Assembly (NCBI GenBank): GCA_031372065.1
Contig: JANMKN010000397.1
Span: 1 to 26,470 of the forward strand
Length of the DNA stretch: 26,470 nt
Reading direction: 5' to 3'
From: Abditibacteriaceae bacterium
GTDB lineage: Bacteria; Armatimonadota; Abditibacteriia; Abditibacteriales; Abditibacteriaceae
This document shows positions 21,604 to 26,470 of this stretch, piece after piece. The notes beneath the pieces were generated by a model. The model was not told where the DNA came from and searched no databases. It worked only from the letters and a program-made list of their open reading frames with translations. The position numbers and the translations under genes are program-made. Every line of letters starts with the position of its first letter. The stretch's first letter is position 1.

Positions 21604-23319
21604 ATGAAATTCTTTTTGTTGGCGGTTTTGCTCTTTTTGAACACGAATGCCTTTGCCCAGGACAAGAGTTTCTATGTTTTTCTGTCGTTTGGGCAATCAA
21701 ATATGGAGGGCTATCCGGGCATCGAAGAGCAAGACAAGGGGCCAGTTGATGAGCGATTCCAAGTCTTGGCAACCGTTGATTTTCCGGCTCAACAGCGCGA
21801 AAAAGGCCATTGGTATACGGCGGTTCCCCCGTTGGCGCGTTCTGGCACCGGCCTTTGCCCGGCTGACTATTTTGGCCGAACGCTGGTAGCCAATCTTCCC
21901 GCCAACATCAGGGTTGGCGTAATCAACGTTTCCGTCGCAGGCTGCAAGATTGAGTTGTTCGACAAAGGGAACTACACCTCCTATGCCGCGACGGCGCCTT
22001 CATGGATGAAAAACACCATCGCGGCCTACGGCGGCAATCCGTATCAGCATCTGGTTGACATGGCGAAGTTAGCTCAAAAAGATGGCGTGATTAAGGGCAT
22101 TCTCTTGCACCAGGGCGAGTCCAACACGGGGGACAAAGAGTGGCCGAACAAAGTCAAAGGCATCTACGACAATCTGGTCAAAGATTTAAATCTCAAGTCC
22201 GAAGAAGTGCCTTTGCTGGCGGGCGAACTGGTGGGTGCCGACCAAAACGGCGCTTGCGCGGGCATGAATGCCATCATTGACGATTTGCCGAAGACCATCC
22301 CCAATTCTTATGTGATTTCGTCGGCAGGTTGCATTGGTCGGCCCGATCATTTGCACTTCACTCCGGCTGGTTACAGAGAATTGGGAAAGCGATACGGCGA
22401 AAAAATGCTGGCCTTATTGGGCTATCAAATCGCACCTCCAGCAGTTGCCGCTCCTAAAACGGCACAGCTTGATGGCAATGCTGCAAAAGGCCTCAGAGCC
22501 ACAAGACTTCCGTTGCCCATTTTGCCCACGCTGCCGGATGCCACTGATACATCGTTCTACGCTGATAACAACGTGCCGCACGGTTCGGTGGAGCAGGTGA
22601 CTTACAAAACCTCAGCCGGTGCGGAGAAGCGCCTCCACGTTTATCTGCCGCCCGATTACAAAGCCAATGCCGACCGCCGTTATCCTGTGCTTTACCTGAA
22701 TCATGGCGGCGGCGAAGACGACGCGCATTGGACGGCGCGCAACCCACGTTCTGGCGGCTTTGCCGACCTGATTTTGGACAACCTGATTGCTGCGGGCAAG
22801 GCCAAAGCGATGATTATCGTCATGCCCAACTCGCGTAACCTTGCCTCCGGAGATTTTCCCAAACCGGGCGCGGCGGACGCTTGCTCGGACGAGTTTTTGA
22901 AGGACATCCTTCCGTTTGTGGACGGGCATTATCGCACCAAGCCCACACGCGAAAATCGGGCGCTGGCAGGCTTGTCTATGGGTGGTTTCGTGGTATTGAA
23001 CACTGGCCTCACGCATCTGGAGACCTTTGGTGAGTTGTATGTGTTCAGTTCCGGATACTGGCCCGACCGCCTCGCGGCCTTTCAGGAGAATGCCAAAGCG
23101 ATTCTGAGTGACCCGGCCATCAATGACAAATTCCGAATGCCCATCTATTTCGCGGCTGGTGAAACGGACATCGCTTTTTCCAACAGCCAGAAAACGTTGG
23201 CGGTGTTCAACAGTTACGGCATTCGCACCTTTTCGACTTTGAGTTCCGGCGGCCACGAATGGATGAACTGGCGCCGCTACCTCTATCAGACCGCTCAGAT
23301 TATGTTCCCCGAATCGTAG
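21604..23319 (+). CDS. Secreted CE6 (SGNH/SASA) acetylxylan esterase fused to a CE1-type esterase
   Basis: N-domain GQSNM, HQGESN and DHLH. C-domain YPVLYLNHG, GLSMGG and GGHEW. Signal peptide MKFFLLAVLLFLNTNAFA. Confidence 0.88.
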   Translation: MKFFLLAVLLFLNTNAFAQDKSFYVFLSFGQSNMEGYPGIEEQDKGPVDERFQVLATVDFPAQQREKGHWYTAVPPLARSGTGLCPADYFGRTLVANLPANIRVGVINVSVAGCKIELFDKGNYTSYAATAPSWMKNTIAAYGGNPYQHLVDMAKLAQKDGVIKGILLHQGESNTGDKEWPNKVKGIYDNLVKDLNLKSEEVPLLAGELVGADQNGACAGMNAIIDDLPKTIPNSYVISSAGCIGRPDHLHFTPAGYRELGKRYGEKMLALLGYQIAPPAVAAPKTAQLDGNAAKGLRATRLPLPILPTLPDATDTSFYADNNVPHGSVEQVTYKTSAGAEKRLHVYLPPDYKANADRRYPVLYLNHGGGEDDAHWTARNPRSGGFADLILDNLIAAGKAKAMIIVMPNSRNLASGDFPKPGAADACSDEFLKDILPFVDGHYRTKPTRENRALAGLSMGGFVVLNTGLTHLETFGELYVFSSGYWPDRLAAFQENAKAILSDPAINDKFRMPIYFAAGETDIAFSNSQKTLAVFNSYGIRTFSTLSSGGHEWMNWRRYLYQTAQIMFPES

Positions 23320-23358
23320 GAAAATTCGCGGATTTTCAACGAAGTGAAAGGTAAAACT

Positions 23359-24549
23359 ATGAAAACAAAACTCGCATTTCTCGTCTGTGCTTGCCTTGTG
23401 TCAGGCCGGTATTGCTCCGCCCAAATACCTGCTGCTTCCGATGATTGGAAGCCGTCCACGTTCAATCAAGAGGGCCGGCAATTTCCGCAGGTCAACGCGG
23501 AAGGCCGCGTTCGTGCCCGCATCATGGCGCCGCAAGCCAATAGCGTGCAACTCGACATTGGCGGCGTGAAATATCCGCTGACCAAGGGCGAGGATGGCGC
23601 ATGGATTGGCGATTCGCAGCCCCAGGACGAAGGTTTCCACTACTATCAGGTAGTGATTGACGGCGCCCAGGTTCCAGACCCGAATAGCCTTTATTTCTAT
23701 GGCGCCGGTCGTTGGGGCAGCGGTGTTGAGATTCCCGCCAAAGATGAGGATTTTTACGCCCTCAAGAACGTGCCTCATGGGCAACTGCGGGAAGTGCGCT
23801 ACTTTTCCAAAAGCAGCAATTCTGTCCGTCGTTGTTACATTTACACCCCGCCACAATATGATCGCGAACCGAAAAAGCGCTTTCCCGTGCTTTATTTGCA
23901 GCACGGCGCGGGCGAAAACGAAACCGGTTGGGGCAATCAGGGCCGAACCGGCTTGATTATGGACAACCTCATCGCCGAGGGCAAAGCCAACCCATTCATC
24001 ATCGTCATGGAAAATGGCGGCAACATCGCGCGTCCGCCTGCGCCGCCAGCGACTCCGCCCGTCGGAGCGCCGAGTGTTCCTCCAGCAGGTTCTCCTTCGC
24101 CCGGAACAGTGGGGCCGGGCGGACGAGTGTTCAACTTCAGCGCTTTTGAGCGAGTTATGATTGACGACTTGATTCCGTTTGTTGACGCCAATTACCGCAC
24201 GATTGCCAAACAGCCAAGTCGGGCTATGGCGGGCCTTTCCATGGGCGGAATGCAAACGCGAGTGATCACTTTAGCCAACCCCAACACGTTTTCCCATGTC
24301 GGCGTTTTCAGCGGCGGCAGCATCGCTCCAACTGAAATTACCGACATGAAGGCGTATAAAAAGCAGACGAAGGTCGTGTTTTTCAGCTTTGGCGGTCGAG
24401 AACGCGGCGCCGCTGCGGCAAAAGCCAACGCGGATGCTCTCAAACAAGCCGGCATCAACAGCTACTACTACGAATCGCCTCTCACGGCTCACGAGTGGCA
24501 GTCGTGGCGCCGCAGCCTTTATCAATTCGCGCAGTTGATCTTTAAGTGA
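23359..24549 (+). CDS. Esterase (CE1-type) with N-terminal Ig-like (E-set/CBM48-like) domain
   Basis: APQANSVQL...GFHYY...DP N-module, FPVLYLQHG, GLSMGG and AHEWQSWRRSL. Signal-like N-terminus and AAAGGT SD. Confidence 0.88.
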   Translation: MKTKLAFLVCACLVSGRYCSAQIPAASDDWKPSTFNQEGRQFPQVNAEGRVRARIMAPQANSVQLDIGGVKYPLTKGEDGAWIGDSQPQDEGFHYYQVVIDGAQVPDPNSLYFYGAGRWGSGVEIPAKDEDFYALKNVPHGQLREVRYFSKSSNSVRRCYIYTPPQYDREPKKRFPVLYLQHGAGENETGWGNQGRTGLIMDNLIAEGKANPFIIVMENGGNIARPPAPPATPPVGAPSVPPAGSPSPGTVGPGGRVFNFSAFERVMIDDLIPFVDANYRTIAKQPSRAMAGLSMGGMQTRVITLANPNTFSHVGVFSGGSIAPTEITDMKAYKKQTKVVFFSFGGRERGAAAAKANADALKQAGINSYYYESPLTAHEWQSWRRSLYQFAQLIFK

Positions 24550-24767
24550 GATGCCCATTTCATGTCCTGCGGGCCTTCGGTGGCACCCGGCATCGCCGTT
24601 CAATCAGCGTATCAATGCGCTCTTGATCTTCATCCAAGGCTTTGCGGCAACGGCGCGAGGGTTCCAGATCGCCAGCGGTCTTGGCAAGTCCTATTCTCCG
24701 CTATGCGTGCCAGCACGCGATTGGGCGGCGACATCATGGCGCCGCATATCCCGCAGACCATCCGGGT

Positions 24768-25064
24768 TCAACCACCGGCCATGGCGCCCACGATTAGGAA
24801 CGGCTCGCCGCCGCTGACGACGGCGTCCGCCAACGCGGTGTCGGGCGAGTCCAGCGAAATGTCCTCTTTGCACACGAAGAAACGGATGAACGGGCGGCGC
24901 TTTTGCGTGTCATGCTCTCGAATCGTGCCGCGCAGCGCGGGATAGCGAGCTTCCAGCGCATCAAGCACCGAATTCACGGTAATGGGACTGGCGACTTCAA
25001 GCTGCACTTCGCCGTCCACGCGTGCCAGAGTGCGTAAATGAAAGGGCAACACCACGCGGATCAT
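24768..25064 (-). CDS. MoaD/ThiS-family ubiquitin-like protein (98 aa)
   Basis: [11 protein letters not shown]...[12 protein letters not shown]...RPFIRFF...IVGAMAGG* shows a beta-grasp pattern with C-terminal di-Gly. ATGA overlap with the upstream gene. Confidence 0.9.
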   Translation of the reverse strand: MIRVVLPFHLRTLARVDGEVQLEVASPITVNSVLDALEARYPALRGTIREHDTQKRRPFIRFFVCKEDISLDSPDTALADAVVSGGEPFLIVGAMAGG

Positions 25065-26221
25065 GGCAGCGTCTGGACTTCCACCGAATAGACCGCCGGC
25101 AGATCGCGCACGAGGGGCATCCAGGTGTCGCCGCTGTCGGCAGAGCCGTAAACCTGTCCGCCCGTGGTGCCGAAATAGATGCCACACGAATCGAGCGAGT
25201 CCACGGCCATCGCGTCGCGCAGCACGTTGACGTAACAATCCTGCTGCGGCAGACCTTGCGTGAGCGCTTCCCACTCGTTGCCGCCGGTTTTGCTGCGATA
25301 AACGCGCAGCTTGCCTTCCGGCGGAAAATGCTCGGAATCGCTTTTTATGGGCACCACGTAAATCGTCTCCGGCTCGTGGGCGTGAACGTCTATGGGGAAG
25401 CCGAAGTCGCTGGGCAGATTGCCGCTGACTTCCGTCCATAGCTCGCCAGCGTTGTCGGTGCGCAGCACGTCCCAATGTTTCTGCATGAACAGCACGTTCG
25501 GTCGTGACGGGTGCATGGCGATGCGGTGGACACAATGGCCGACTTCGGCATCGGGATCGGGCAACTCATAAGGCGACTGCAAGCCGCGATTGATGGGTTT
25601 CCACGTTTCGCCGCCATCGTCGGTGCGAAACGCGCCCGCCGCCGAAATGGCGACGTAAATCCGCTTCGCGTTCTGCGGATCGAGCAAAATGGTATGCACC
25701 GCCATGCCGCCAGCGCCGGGTTGCCAGAGATGGCCTTTGGCAGCGCGCAAGCCGGGTAGCTCCTTCCATGTCGTGCCGCCGTCCGCGCTCTTGAACAGCG
25801 CGGCGTCCTCCGCACCGGCATAAACGGTGTCGGCATCGGTCAGCGACGGTTCGAGATGCCAGATGCGCTTGAATTCCCACGGGTGCTGGGTGCCGTCATA
25901 GAACATATGCGTGCCGACTTCGCCCTCATAGACGAACTTATTGCTCACGCCGGAGGGGAATTCGCCGGGCGCGGGTAGGGCAGCGCCATCGGGCGTCGCC
26001 CAAGTCTTGCCGCCGTCATCGGAGCGCTGAATGACCTGCCCGAACCAACCGCTCGATTGCGAGGCGTAAATGCGATTCGGGTCAACAGGCGATCCCTTGA
26101 GGTGATACATTTCCCAACCGGCGAAATGCGGCCCGCTGACCTCCCAGTTCTGACGTTTGCCGTCGGCTGTCAAAATGAAGGCACCCTTCTTTGTTCCGAC
26201 CAAGACTCGAACCCTACTCAT
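25061..26221 (-). CDS. Cytoplasmic BNR/Asp-box beta-propeller protein (often labelled exo-alpha-sialidase-like, function unknown)
   Basis: Six Asp-box-like repeats ([48 protein letters not shown]), N-terminal [10 protein letters not shown] and no signal peptide. Confidence 0.9.
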   Translation of the reverse strand: MSRVRVLVGTKKGAFILTADGKRQNWEVSGPHFAGWEMYHLKGSPVDPNRIYASQSSGWFGQVIQRSDDGGKTWATPDGAALPAPGEFPSGVSNKFVYEGEVGTHMFYDGTQHPWEFKRIWHLEPSLTDADTVYAGAEDAALFKSADGGTTWKELPGLRAAKGHLWQPGAGGMAVHTILLDPQNAKRIYVAISAAGAFRTDDGGETWKPINRGLQSPYELPDPDAEVGHCVHRIAMHPSRPNVLFMQKHWDVLRTDNAGELWTEVSGNLPSDFGFPIDVHAHEPETIYVVPIKSDSEHFPPEGKLRVYRSKTGGNEWEALTQGLPQQDCYVNVLRDAMAVDSLDSCGIYFGTTGGQVYGSADSGDTWMPLVRDLPAVYSVEVQTLP

Positions 26222-26334
26222 GACTCACTCCTGTTTTGCGTTGTGTGATAGTTTGCTAAGTTTGCCCTGCGCGTTCGGCACACGCCACAAGCGCGGCGTT
26301 TTCGTAACTGTATAGTTGGTTTCGGTAAAATGCA

Positions 26335-26470
26335 ATAGCATTTCAGCAAAACGCTATAGCATTTCAGCAAAACGCTATAGCATTTCAGCAAAACGCTATA
26401 GCATTTCAGCAAAACGCTATAGCATTTCAGCAAAACGCTATAGCATTTCAGCAAAACGCTATAGCATTTC
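26335..26470. repeat. Perfect 21-bp tandem repeat array (ATAGCATTTCAGCAAAACGCT)n, truncated by the window end
   Basis: Six identical copies start at 26335, 26356, 26377, 26398, 26419 and 26440, plus 10 nt of a seventh at 26461. There are no spacers. Confidence 0.97.

Noticed and set aside
24550..24767. Possible small gene or remnant between the esterase and MoaD genes
   Set aside because: There are short open frames on both strands, but none has a convincing start or recognisable homology, and I saw no clear terminator.
25065..25535. 255-aa version of the MoaD/ThiS ORF
   Set aside because: The upstream part overlaps the propeller gene in another frame. The start at 25064 gives an ATGA overlap and a normal 98-aa size.
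26335..26470. CRISPR array
   Set aside because: The units are directly adjacent with no unique spacers, and there are no cas genes in the window.

Overview
Bacterial chromosomal window with three zones. (1) 1-11.2 kb holds housekeeping and accessory genes: argJ, an MPG-type 3-methyladenine glycosylase, a Ca2+/H+ exchanger, a secreted hypothetical, a cupin, a GH89-family protein with an apparently altered active site, a small very basic protein, and a sugar ABC operon (binding protein, unknown secreted protein, two permeases, no ATPase). (2) After a decayed IS630-family fragment and an AT-richer spacer, a sigma70-type promoter and a perfect 20-bp LacI-type operator precede a ~12.6 kb co-oriented arabinoxylan-degradation cluster: LacI regulator, GH51-GH10-CE1 trimodular enzyme, multidomain GH127, GH43, CE6-CE1 fusion and Ig-like-CE1 esterase. 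(3) A convergent pair encoding a cytoplasmic BNR beta-propeller and a MoaD/ThiS-like protein is preceded by a perfect 21-bp tandem repeat array (at least 6.5 copies, with internal dyad) that runs off the window end. All calls come from motif recognition by eye and no database search was run.
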